Source: Candidatus Uhrbacteria bacterium CG_4_9_14_3_um_filter_50_9 (GTDB lineage Bacteria; Patescibacteriota; Patescibacteriia; UBA9934; GWF2-40-263). From it: 64,000 bases of DNA. The stretch covers positions 47,350-111,349 of the forward strand of contig PFWU01000049.1 in NCBI GenBank assembly GCA_002791295.1, written 5' to 3'. A model generated the notes under the pieces. That model searched no databases, was not told the DNA's origin, and saw nothing but the letters and a program-made list of their open reading frames with translations. A program made the position numbers and the translations under genes. Each line of letters opens with the position of its first letter. Positions within the stretch are counted from its first letter, which is position 1. Positions 48,018 through 56,566 of this stretch are shown in pieces.

Positions 48018-49403
48018 ATGAAATCCAGATATCACATTATTACCTTCGGCTGCCAGATGAACAAAAGTGATTCTGAGCGCATGGAGACTCTCTTAAAGGG
48101 GGTGGGGTTGGAGTCGACCGATGATCAGGAAGAGGCGGATGTGATCTTGGTGAACACCTGTTCGGTTCGTCAGAGCGCAGAGGATCGGGTGTATGGATTG
48201 GTCAAGGGATTTAAGAAACTCAAGAAGAAAAAACCTGAGTTGATCATTGGCGTCACAGGATGCCTGCCTGGTCGAGATCGTGATGGAGCACTGAAACGCA
48301 CACTCGAGATTGTCGACCTTTATTTTCCCACAAAAGAAATGGGGCAGTTACCACGTTGGATTGGAGAGATCCGGCCAGAGCTTGTGAACAGTACGGATGC
48401 TGTTGAGGATTATTTGAAAATTAAGCCTGAGTATCACACCAAGCGTCAGGCGTTCGTTTCCATTCAAACAGGCTGCAATAAGTTTTGCACCTATTGTGTT
48501 GTTCCGTTTGCTCGAGGCCTTGAAAAGAATCGACCTGTCGCTGACATCATGGAGGAGATTCAGGATTTGGCTGCTCATGGATGTGTGGAAGTTACTTTAC
48601 TTGGGCAGACCGTAAACAGCTATCAAGCACCAGACGCAGAGAACTTTTCAGAAGGGAACCCGTATGAGGATCATTTTGCCAAGCTTCTATGGGAAGTGAA
48701 TCAGGTGGAGGGGATTAATCGTCTGCACTTTACTGCGCCACATCCGCTGCACATGACCGATGAGGTCATCGACGCCATGACCCTTCCGGCTCACCTAAAC
48801 TTTATCCATTTGCCCGTTCAGGCGGGATCAGATGATGTGCTTAGACGCATGAATCGCCGGTATACCTCCAAACAGTTTTTAGATGTTGTGAAGCGGCTTA
48901 AGGCCAAGATCCCAGAGTTAGCCATTGGAACAGATATTGTTGTTGGGTTCTGTGGGGAGTCGCCCGAGCAGTTTGATGAGACTGTGGAATTGTTTAAAGA
49001 AGTTGATTTTGATATCTCGTATACCGCACGCTACTCCACACGCTCGGGCACCGCTGCTTGGCGGGCGTTTAACGATGATGTGAGCCACGAGGAGAAGAAG
49101 CGTCGGTGGGAGGTGTTGCAGAAGCTGATGGAAGAGTCCGTGTATAAAAAGAATCAGAAGTTTGTTGGAGAGGTAGTAAGCGTGCTTGTTGATCGTCATG
49201 AGCCACCCAAGGTTACTGATGAGATGCTCACAATGCCAGAAAAGATTCAGGAACTCATGGCGCAGCAACCCGGTACTTGTTATGGTCAATCAAGAGAAAT
49301 GAAACTCACACGGTTTGCAGGTGGAGAAGAATATGTGGGTGAGATCGTAGAGGTGCGTGTCACACGTGCGGACAAGTGGATTTTGGAAGGGGAGATCGTA
49401 TGA
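48018..49403 (+). CDS. miaB: tRNA-2-methylthio-N6-dimethylallyladenosine synthase MiaB
   Basis: TFGCQMN, NTCSVR, radical-SAM CNKFCTYC, TRAM domain; adjacent to miaA. Confidence 0.95.
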   Translation: MKSRYHIITFGCQMNKSDSERMETLLKGVGLESTDDQEEADVILVNTCSVRQSAEDRVYGLVKGFKKLKKKKPELIIGVTGCLPGRDRDGALKRTLEIVDLYFPTKEMGQLPRWIGEIRPELVNSTDAVEDYLKIKPEYHTKRQAFVSIQTGCNKFCTYCVVPFARGLEKNRPVADIMEEIQDLAAHGCVEVTLLGQTVNSYQAPDAENFSEGNPYEDHFAKLLWEVNQVEGINRLHFTAPHPLHMTDEVIDAMTLPAHLNFIHLPVQAGSDDVLRRMNRRYTSKQFLDVVKRLKAKIPELAIGTDIVVGFCGESPEQFDETVELFKEVDFDISYTARYSTRSGTAAWRAFNDDVSHEEKKRRWEVLQKLMEESVYKKNQKFVGEVVSVLVDRHEPPKVTDEMLTMPEKIQELMAQQPGTCYGQSREMKLTRFAGGEEYVGEIVEVRVTRADKWILEGEIV

Positions 49404-50356
49404 AGCCAAAGGTGATTGCCATCTTAGGGCCAACAGCCTCAGGGAAGACTTCCCTAGGAATTGCTATTGCAAAACAATTTAATGGAGAAGTGGTCTCCGT
49501 CGATTCGAGACAAGTTTATCGTGAGATGAATATCGGGACGGCGAAACCAGAAGGTGTGTGGGTGGAACATGAGATTGAGAAGGGGGGAAGCATCAATCAG
49601 CTTTTTGGTGCGCGCAAGATGTTTGTTGTAGATGAGGTTGTTCACTGGGGAATTGACCTTGTTGATCCAGATGAAGATTACAGTGTCGCTCAGTTTAAGC
49701 AGTACGCTGAGCAGAAAATTAAAGAGATTGTTCAGCGAGGGAAGTTACCGATTCTGGTTGGTGGAACAGGGCTTTGGCTTCAGGCGGTAATTGATAACTT
49801 AGATCTTGCAGCGACTCCTGCTGACGCTGATGTACGTGCGGAACTTGAATCACGACCACTCGGAGATTTATTTGCCGAATATAAACGGCTTGATCCGGCT
49901 GGAGCAGAATTTATTGATCGAGAAAATAAGCGTCGTGTGGTCCGTGCGCTCGAGGTGACGAAGCTCACAGGCAAGCCGTTTTCTGAGCAGCGTTCCGCAG
50001 GGGAGCCGAAGTACGACGTGTTGCAAATCGGTCTCGATGTCCCACGCGAGGAGTTGTATGAGCGCATTAATCAGCGTGTTGAGGAAATGGTGGCCATGGG
50101 CCTTGTCGATGAGGTGCGAAGACTGAAGGGCAAGTATGGCTGCGAGATTGATGCGATGACGGGGATTGGATACAGGCAGATTTGCGAGTTTTTAAACGGA
50201 AATGAAAGCTTGGCGGAAGCGATACAGGCAACAAAACAAGCAACCCGTCGCTACGCCAAAAGACAGATGACATGGTTTAAACGCGATGAGCGGATTAAGT
50301 GGATTACGCCAGGGGAGTCCGTCGACGAGCTCATCAAGACATTCCTAAAAAAATAA
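49400..50356 (+). CDS. miaA: tRNA dimethylallyltransferase
   Basis: GPTASGKT, DSRQVY...GTAKP, VGGTGL, YAKRQMTWF. Confidence 0.97.
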   Translation: MKPKVIAILGPTASGKTSLGIAIAKQFNGEVVSVDSRQVYREMNIGTAKPEGVWVEHEIEKGGSINQLFGARKMFVVDEVVHWGIDLVDPDEDYSVAQFKQYAEQKIKEIVQRGKLPILVGGTGLWLQAVIDNLDLAATPADADVRAELESRPLGDLFAEYKRLDPAGAEFIDRENKRRVVRALEVTKLTGKPFSEQRSAGEPKYDVLQIGLDVPREELYERINQRVEEMVAMGLVDEVRRLKGKYGCEIDAMTGIGYRQICEFLNGNESLAEAIQATKQATRRYAKRQMTWFKRDERIKWITPGESVDELIKTFLKK

Positions 50357-50393
50357 AAAACTTCTCATGTTGAGAGGTTTTTTATGAATGATG

Positions 50394-50864
50394 CTATTTA
50401 CTCAACTGTGTCAGTATCTCTAGTGGATACCCTGCTCCTGAGAAGTAACTTTCAAATCTTGCGGTGGTGGTTTCTGAGCGGTGTTCTTTTTTTCGGTTCA
50501 TGATTTCTTCCCGCGTGAGCCAGAGGGTTTCAATAATTTCTGGTGCCTCGATAGGATACTGTTTTTCATCGACAAGTTCACAGCGGAAGAGGAAATAGAT
50601 TCCCATGTAGTCCCGAGAGGAGAGGGTGGCTTGGTGGACACCTACAAGTTCAACAGATTTTACCTTGTACCCTGTTTCTTCCATGACTTCTCGGACGACG
50701 GCATCTGTCAGGAGCTCGTTCTTCTCGACATGTCCTGCGGGTTGGTTCATGACGGAGGCATGGTCTTCCGGGAGGTCTGCTGGTCGTTCTCGGATGACCA
50801 GAAGTTTGCCATCACGTTCAATAAAACCAGCCACGATGACGCGTGCGGTGTGTCGTTCTGACAT
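50394..50864 (-). CDS. Nudix hydrolase (NudJ-like)
   Basis: Nudix box NQPAGHVE...VREVMEETG. Confidence 0.9.
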   Translation of the reverse strand: MSERHTARVIVAGFIERDGKLLVIRERPADLPEDHASVMNQPAGHVEKNELLTDAVVREVMEETGYKVKSVELVGVHQATLSSRDYMGIYFLFRCELVDEKQYPIEAPEIIETLWLTREEIMNRKKEHRSETTTARFESYFSGAGYPLEILTQLSK

Positions 50865-50866
50865 AG

Positions 50867-50965
50867 GAGATTAGCGAGATTAGCTAGATTAGCGGGATTA
50901 GGCTGATTGTTGCGCATGAGTTACTCCTAATCTAGCCAATCCAGCTAATCTCGCTCGTCCAGCTA
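50867..50965. repeat. Inverted pair of 9-bp tandem arrays
   Basis: (GATTAGCNN) about 4 copies facing (CTAATCNNG) about 4 copies. Confidence 0.8.
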
Positions 50966-50970
50966 GTACT

Positions 50971-52509
50971 CTAATTATCAATTTCTGGTTCAAGGAGTAC
51001 GAGCAGGAGGTTCTGGGCCATGGCTGCGTCGGCGGTTCCTTCAGAGGCCTTCATCACCATTCCGATCAGGAACTTGAGAAGCTGCTTTTCTCCTGCCCTG
51101 TAGCGTGCGACTTCCGCTGGATATTCTTCGACGACACGACTCACAATTTCGCTCAGAGCTCCTTCGTCGTCCATTCTTCCGAGTTGCTGGTCTTCCATGA
51201 TGTGTGATGGGTCAGAGCCATCGTCGAGCATGGCGCTGAGCACCTTGAGTCCGCCAGCATTGTTGAGTTTGTGTGTTGCGATAAGGGTGATGAATTCCGC
51301 AAAGTTTTCCGGGGTGATCTTCATGATACGGATATCAATACTACGCTCAGAGAGAAGTCCGCCGAGCTTTGAGAGGAGCCACCCGGACACTGTGCGTGCG
51401 AGTTTGGCCTGTTCTTTTTCGAGTGCCTCCCCAGCCAGCTCATCCATTTCTGGGAGCGCATTCATCCATGCATGGAGCTCTGAAAAGACGTGTTCAACAA
51501 AATCAGCGAGCGCAGGATCTTCGCAAATTTGTTTTGCGTCAGACGGTTTCAATTTGTATTCACTCGCAAAGCGGGCACGACGAGCTGCTGGCAGTTCTGG
51601 AATTTGCGAGCGCAGTTCGTCCGCTAGGTCTTTGAGTTTGAGAGGGGGAATATCTGGTTCAGGGAAGTAGCGGTAGTCGGCGGCATCCTCCTTTGAACGC
51701 TGATCCTCAGTCACACCCTTTGCATCATTCCATCCACGGGTTGTAGAGGTGAGTGGAGGAGTATCTGCTTCCCAGAGTTTGGTTTGGCGCTGAATTTCGT
51801 GTTCGAGCGCACGTTCAACGTGTTTAAAGGAGTTGAGGTTTTTGACTTCTGTTTTTGGATTGAAATGTGGGCCAACAAGGTTTCCCTTATCGTCATACCG
51901 CCGCAGCGAAATGTTGGCGTCGCAGCGCAGGTGGCCTTTTTCCATGTCTGCATCTGACACACCAAGATAGCGTGCGATCAAACGGAGTTCATGTAAGAAG
52001 ATGTTTGCCTCACGAGGGGAGCGGAAGTCTGGCTCGGTCACAATCTCGACGAGGGGCGTGCCCCCACGATTGAAGTCGACAAAGGTGTTTCCATCTTCAT
52101 GGTGGAACGATTTTGCTGCATCTTCTTCAAGGTGGGCACGCGTAATGCCGATACGTGCTGCCTCTCGTTCACCTCCTGGGATTTCAATATCGAGATGCCC
52201 TTTCTCCGCAATCGGAAGATCGAATTGAGAAATTTGATAGGCTTTTGGAAGGTCTGGGTAAAAGTAATTTTTGCGATCGAATTTTGAGTGATTGGCAATC
52301 TGACAATTGAGCGCCAAGCCCACCAAGACGCCATAACGGATGGCTTGCTCGTTTGGGACGGGGAGTACTCCTGGGTGCCCGAGACAGATGGGGCAGACAT
52401 GTGTGTTTGGAGAGATCGCAGAATCATGGGCTCTGCACCCACAAAACATTTTTGATTTGGTTTTGAGCTGAATGTGGATTTCGAGTCCAATCACGGGTTC
52501 ATACATCAT
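50971..52509 (-). CDS. gatB: Asp/Glu-tRNA amidotransferase subunit B
   Basis: IGLEIH, RKNYFYPDLPK, HLEED, RCDANIS, YRYFPEPD. Confidence 0.97.
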   Translation of the reverse strand: MMYEPVIGLEIHIQLKTKSKMFCGCRAHDSAISPNTHVCPICLGHPGVLPVPNEQAIRYGVLVGLALNCQIANHSKFDRKNYFYPDLPKAYQISQFDLPIAEKGHLDIEIPGGEREAARIGITRAHLEEDAAKSFHHEDGNTFVDFNRGGTPLVEIVTEPDFRSPREANIFLHELRLIARYLGVSDADMEKGHLRCDANISLRRYDDKGNLVGPHFNPKTEVKNLNSFKHVERALEHEIQRQTKLWEADTPPLTSTTRGWNDAKGVTEDQRSKEDAADYRYFPEPDIPPLKLKDLADELRSQIPELPAARRARFASEYKLKPSDAKQICEDPALADFVEHVFSELHAWMNALPEMDELAGEALEKEQAKLARTVSGWLLSKLGGLLSERSIDIRIMKITPENFAEFITLIATHKLNNAGGLKVLSAMLDDGSDPSHIMEDQQLGRMDDEGALSEIVSRVVEEYPAEVARYRAGEKQLLKFLIGMVMKASEGTADAAMAQNLLLVLLEPEIDN

Positions 52510-52521
52510 ACGTGCCACAGC

Positions 52522-53280
52522 TTACGCTACCTGTTTGTCGTTTTCAACCGGGGGAGTAACAGGGTGATTTTTGAGTTCAATATAGAGAAGGGTGAAGTAC
52601 ATTAACATCATCGGCGTGACAAACATGTCTGCAATGCTCTCAAGGATTCCTACCCACAGTGGTGCCCCTTCTTCGAAGAGCGGTTCAATTTGAGCACCGG
52701 TAGCAAGACCGATGGTTGTGATGAGAGCCACAAGAATAGACGTGTAGATGAACGTGATAATGATGGGGCCTGAAACAAGTTTCCATGTAACGATCCAAAA
52801 TCTTCCCTGCACGAGTTGCTTACTTTGACTCAGACTTTGTAGGCCTCGAGTCCCATCGAGGATGAGGGCGAACTGCGCAAAGGCGTACCACACAAGAAAG
52901 ATGAGGCCAGGGATAATGAAGAGCAGAGCTCCACCTGTAACAATGATGGTTTGCAAGAAGGTGACGGCAAGCAACGGAGTGATGAGCATCCAGGAAGCGT
53001 GTTGGAGTGTTTTTAGGTCGAGGGTTTTGCCATCGATGATGACCGCACAGAGTTTTGTCAGGATGATGGTCAGCCAGAGACCTAGGAAGATGACAGATGT
53101 TGCCACAAGGAGCACGACAGGGATGAACCACACGGCGTCTTGATAGGTTTCTCGACTAAACTCAAGAGCCAAAAACGCCGCTGATGGCAGAAGAAGCCAG
53201 GCGGCGTATCCAAGGAGCGTCCAAACATGTTTACGATACAGTCGGTATGAGCGTAGAAGGAGTTCCGTAACAGTGAGCAT
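52522..53280 (-). CDS. Hypothetical polytopic membrane protein
   Basis: About six TM helices; LFIIPG...SKQLVQGRFW; paralogous to the next gene. Confidence 0.75.
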   Translation of the reverse strand: MLTVTELLLRSYRLYRKHVWTLLGYAAWLLLPSAAFLALEFSRETYQDAVWFIPVVLLVATSVIFLGLWLTIILTKLCAVIIDGKTLDLKTLQHASWMLITPLLAVTFLQTIIVTGGALLFIIPGLIFLVWYAFAQFALILDGTRGLQSLSQSKQLVQGRFWIVTWKLVSGPIIITFIYTSILVALITTIGLATGAQIEPLFEEGAPLWVGILESIADMFVTPMMLMYFTLLYIELKNHPVTPPVENDKQVA

Positions 53281-53283
53281 AGA

Positions 53284-54168
53284 TTAACTTCGGTTGTCTT
53301 TGAGAGATTGGTACAAAAGGACATCCGAGATAATGATGAGCGGGTTGATAAGGACAACGATCATAATTGGAATGATCGTGTTGGTCATGGTAGTGAGGCG
53401 CAACTGCAGATCAAGATTCAGGCCACCACTTGCATCAACAAAGAAGGTTGCCACATACGAGAACATGGTCATAGCAAAGACACCGAAACTGAGAAAGACG
53501 AGCTTAGGCACAATGATACGTGCCAGCACCTCCCAAAATTTACCAGCCACTAAGCGACGGCTTGCCTCAAGAGCTTGTCGTCCTTTTAAGTTGTCATTAA
53601 TCGTTGCGATCGGAGCAAAGAAGTAGTACACCATCCACTGAACAGAAAGGTAGAGCGCAAGAAAGAGTCCAAAGATAAGTAAGAGATTCCCAACAAAGAT
53701 GAGACCACTCACAGAAAACCAGGCACCGATCCCTGCAATGATGGCTGGTGGGCCGAATCCGATCACGATGGCCAGCACAAGCATGAGAAGCACCATGATG
53801 GTTGTAATGAGGGCAGGGATAAATGCTTGACGTCCTTCTTTGATCGCAGACGCATGATCCACACTTCGGCGCGCAAGATGGGCACGGACCATGCGTGTGA
53901 GAGAGATATAGACCCAGAAGGTAATAATTGGGGAGATGATAAAGGTGTTGAGGGCAAAGAGGATCACACCAATAAATTCCATGTTCGACAAATCGCCTCC
54001 AAGCCCCAGTTTGGTTGCGGAAGGATAGAAGGAGAGGGCAATCGCGTAAAGAATGGCTGTGACAAGAACCCAACCTGAGACACTGAGAAGTTCTACAAGT
54101 CGCCCGCGGAAAATATCCCAGGATTGGTCAATGAGTTGTCCGACGGAAATGAGCGGTTTGGAAGGCAT
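53284..54168 (-). CDS. Hypothetical polytopic membrane protein
   Basis: About six TM helices; ALEASRRLVAGKFW. Confidence 0.75.
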   Translation of the reverse strand: MPSKPLISVGQLIDQSWDIFRGRLVELLSVSGWVLVTAILYAIALSFYPSATKLGLGGDLSNMEFIGVILFALNTFIISPIITFWVYISLTRMVRAHLARRSVDHASAIKEGRQAFIPALITTIMVLLMLVLAIVIGFGPPAIIAGIGAWFSVSGLIFVGNLLLIFGLFLALYLSVQWMVYYFFAPIATINDNLKGRQALEASRRLVAGKFWEVLARIIVPKLVFLSFGVFAMTMFSYVATFFVDASGGLNLDLQLRLTTMTNTIIPIMIVVLINPLIIISDVLLYQSLKDNRS

Positions 54169-54178
54169 AGCCTTGTGG

Positions 54179-54892
54179 TTATGTGGTGAGAATAGATTGA
54201 ATGAGTTGAGTGGCCTGTGTGTTGGTTTCTTCGAGGGTGCCGGATGTGTCTAGTGTGTGGAGGGTTGTTCCTCGCGTTTCGAACAATTCTTTCAGCCAGG
54301 GTTCCTGGAATCGCTCTTCAAGTTGTTTCAGGAAGTCGAGTTGTGCAAAGACACCTTTTGCTTCGTCAGTGCGTGCGTGGATGCGGGCGTGAGCTAGTTC
54401 TGCGGGGATGCGCGTTAGGATGAGTGCGTCAGGAGCATACGCAAGCGCAAGCTGATTTCCCGGAAGATTCATGACCTCTTCAAGGGGAACGGATTGAGGC
54501 ATGATGGGTTGGTAGACAAGAGAACTTGAGACACCTCGATCTTGAATCACGATTTTGCCCGCTTCAAGTGCTGGGATGATCAACCGTCGATACATGATTT
54601 GTCGGTCCAGTGCGAATGCGTCGGCAAGTTCTGTGCCCCCATAGGGGTGATCCTCTCTTGAAAGTTCATAGCGTATCGCACCACCGACCCAGTTCCGTGT
54701 GGGTTCGTAGGTGAAGTAGAGATCGTAGTCTGATACGTCTTCGTAGCGAGGTGGGGCTGGTTCATTCCAATCAATCAATCGAAATATGCGGTGATCGCTT
54801 TCCTGCGCCCATGTGTGTACCGACTTAAGCACAGTGGATTTGCCGCTGCCGGCAATTCCATCCACCATGATAAAGCGTCCGTTTGTCTTCAT
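54179..54892 (-). CDS. tmk: Thymidylate kinase family dNMP kinase
   Basis: P-loop DGIAGSGKST, EPT, QDRGVSSSLVYQ, PD. Confidence 0.9.
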   Translation of the reverse strand: MKTNGRFIMVDGIAGSGKSTVLKSVHTWAQESDHRIFRLIDWNEPAPPRYEDVSDYDLYFTYEPTRNWVGGAIRYELSREDHPYGGTELADAFALDRQIMYRRLIIPALEAGKIVIQDRGVSSSLVYQPIMPQSVPLEEVMNLPGNQLALAYAPDALILTRIPAELAHARIHARTDEAKGVFAQLDFLKQLEERFQEPWLKELFETRGTTLHTLDTSGTLEETNTQATQLIQSILTT

Positions 54893-55031
54893 AAGTATAC
54901 CAAATTCGCCATGATTACTTAAGCGGTTTTGGTGGACAAAAGATGTCCACAGGCGATCGAGCTTCGGACGTATTTTAGCGGAAAATGTTTGGTGGTGGAA
55001 ACGAAAGGTGGGTGGTAAAGTGAACCTTGCT

Positions 55032-55865
55032 ATGACACAGTTTGATCACATTTTTCGTGAAGCGATTGGCCGCGTGTACAACGAAGGGGCTGACGTCTTT
55101 AGTGAACGTACAGGCTATTCAACCAAGGCGCTCCCAGGGCTGACGTATGAGATTGAACCGGCACAGGGATTCCCGCTCTTAACGCTTCGAAAAATTCCCG
55201 TGAAATTGTTTTGTGCAGAGGTTGTGTGGATGGTGACTGGCCACAAGCATCTAGATTTCATCAGACAGTTTACAAAGATTTGGGATGATTTTGCTGAAGA
55301 GGATGGCACGATGGAAACAGCCTATGGCTATCGCTGGCGTCATCACTTCGGCCGCGATCAGCTTTTGGAACTTATTGAGCATTTGCGGCAAGAACCGTCT
55401 TCACGCCAGGGGGTGGTGCTTATGTGGGATCCTGCAAGTGATGGGCTTACAGCTCCTAAAAAGAAGAATGTCCCATGCCCGTTCACGTGGACGGCAAATA
55501 TTATCGCTGACAAGTTGAATCTTCATCTCATCATCCGATCAAATGACATGATGCTGGGGAATCCTCACGACACCGCTGGATTCGCGCTCCTGCAGGCCAT
55601 GCTTGCGCAGGAGCTCGGGGTCCATGTCGGAAAGCTCACCGTATCGATTTCTCACGCACACATTTACGAAAATCATTACGAGCAAGTTGAAGAGATGCTT
55701 GCGCGTGAGGATCACACGCATGATGAAATCTTCTGTCGATTACCAGAGCATAGTTTTCAACGTGCACTGAGTGAAGACGCAGAACTCGTGAACGAACTCT
55801 TCCAAATGTTTAAGTCTCAGTACCAGCCAGCCCCGCCGGTTAAGACGATGCAGATTGCGCTATGA
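55032..55865 (+). CDS. thyA: Thymidylate-synthase-family enzyme with a dCMP-type active site (putative dCMP methyltransferase)
   Basis: RTG, FPLLT, IWDDF, YGYRWR, SSR, catalytic PC, RSND, HIYENH; PCP replaces PCH and PHD replaces PFN. Confidence 0.9.
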   Translation: MTQFDHIFREAIGRVYNEGADVFSERTGYSTKALPGLTYEIEPAQGFPLLTLRKIPVKLFCAEVVWMVTGHKHLDFIRQFTKIWDDFAEEDGTMETAYGYRWRHHFGRDQLLELIEHLRQEPSSRQGVVLMWDPASDGLTAPKKKNVPCPFTWTANIIADKLNLHLIIRSNDMMLGNPHDTAGFALLQAMLAQELGVHVGKLTVSISHAHIYENHYEQVEEMLAREDHTHDEIFCRLPEHSFQRALSEDAELVNELFQMFKSQYQPAPPVKTMQIAL

Positions 55866-56365
55866 AGGTCATTCTTGTTGCGGCCATGTCGGCTGATGGA
55901 AAAATTGCAGAGTCCCCCGAGCAGAATTCGCTCGATTGGACGAGTAAGGAAGACACGGCTTTTTTTGTGAAAAAGACGAAGGAAGCAGGTCTGGTGATTA
56001 TGGGGCAGACAACGTTTCAGACGATAGGAAAGCCGCTCAAAGATCGTCGTCTCATTGTGCTCACACGCGAACCAGAACAGTATCCTTCTCAAGAGGGGAT
56101 CGAGTTTGTGAATGTGCCTGTTCAAACCATTTTAGACACCTTAACGCAGGAGGGGGTCGAACAAGTCGTGATTGCTGGCGGCTCATCTGTCTACAGCCAA
56201 TTCCTGCAAGGCGGACATGTGACAGACATTTTTCTCACTGTAGAGCCACTCTTATTCGGCGAGGGGATCCCACTCGCCTCAGGATTTGATCGGGTACATA
56301 TGGAGCTCGTAGAGGTGGGGCGCATAGGGGAGCATGGTGTGTTGATCCATTATCGAGTGAAATAA
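55862..56365 (+). CDS. folA: Dihydrofolate reductase
   Basis: AAMSADGKI, W..KED..FF, IMGQTTF..IGKPLKDR, IAGGSSVY; ATGA overlap with thyA. Confidence 0.9.
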   Translation: MKVILVAAMSADGKIAESPEQNSLDWTSKEDTAFFVKKTKEAGLVIMGQTTFQTIGKPLKDRRLIVLTREPEQYPSQEGIEFVNVPVQTILDTLTQEGVEQVVIAGGSSVYSQFLQGGHVTDIFLTVEPLLFGEGIPLASGFDRVHMELVEVGRIGEHGVLIHYRVK

Positions 56366-56522
56366 TACCATCTCCAACTAACCATTCCACACTATCCCGT
56401 ACAAAATTGGGCTGCGACTTTGGGAAAAGTTTTCATCATATCTACGGATATGTTTCAAACTTTTCCCTTCGTCTCGCCACAATTTTGAACGGGCTATGCG
56501 GAAGCGTTAATTGGAGATGGTA
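56366..56522. repeat. 157-nt imperfect rod-like hairpin
   Basis: TACCATCTCCAA/TTGGAGATGGTA, CCCGT/ACGGG, CAAAATTG/CAATTTTG, GGGAAAAGTTT/AAACTTTTCCC, CATATC-TACG-GATATG. Confidence 0.85.
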
Positions 56523-56523
56523 T

Positions 56524-56565
56524 AAAAAACAAAGCCGTAGGACAGCCCCTACGGCTTTGTTTTTT
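56524..56565. terminator. Bidirectional terminator
   Basis: AAAAAACAAAGCCGTAGG-N-CCTACGGCTTTGTTTTTT. Confidence 0.75.
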
Positions 56566-56566
56566 C

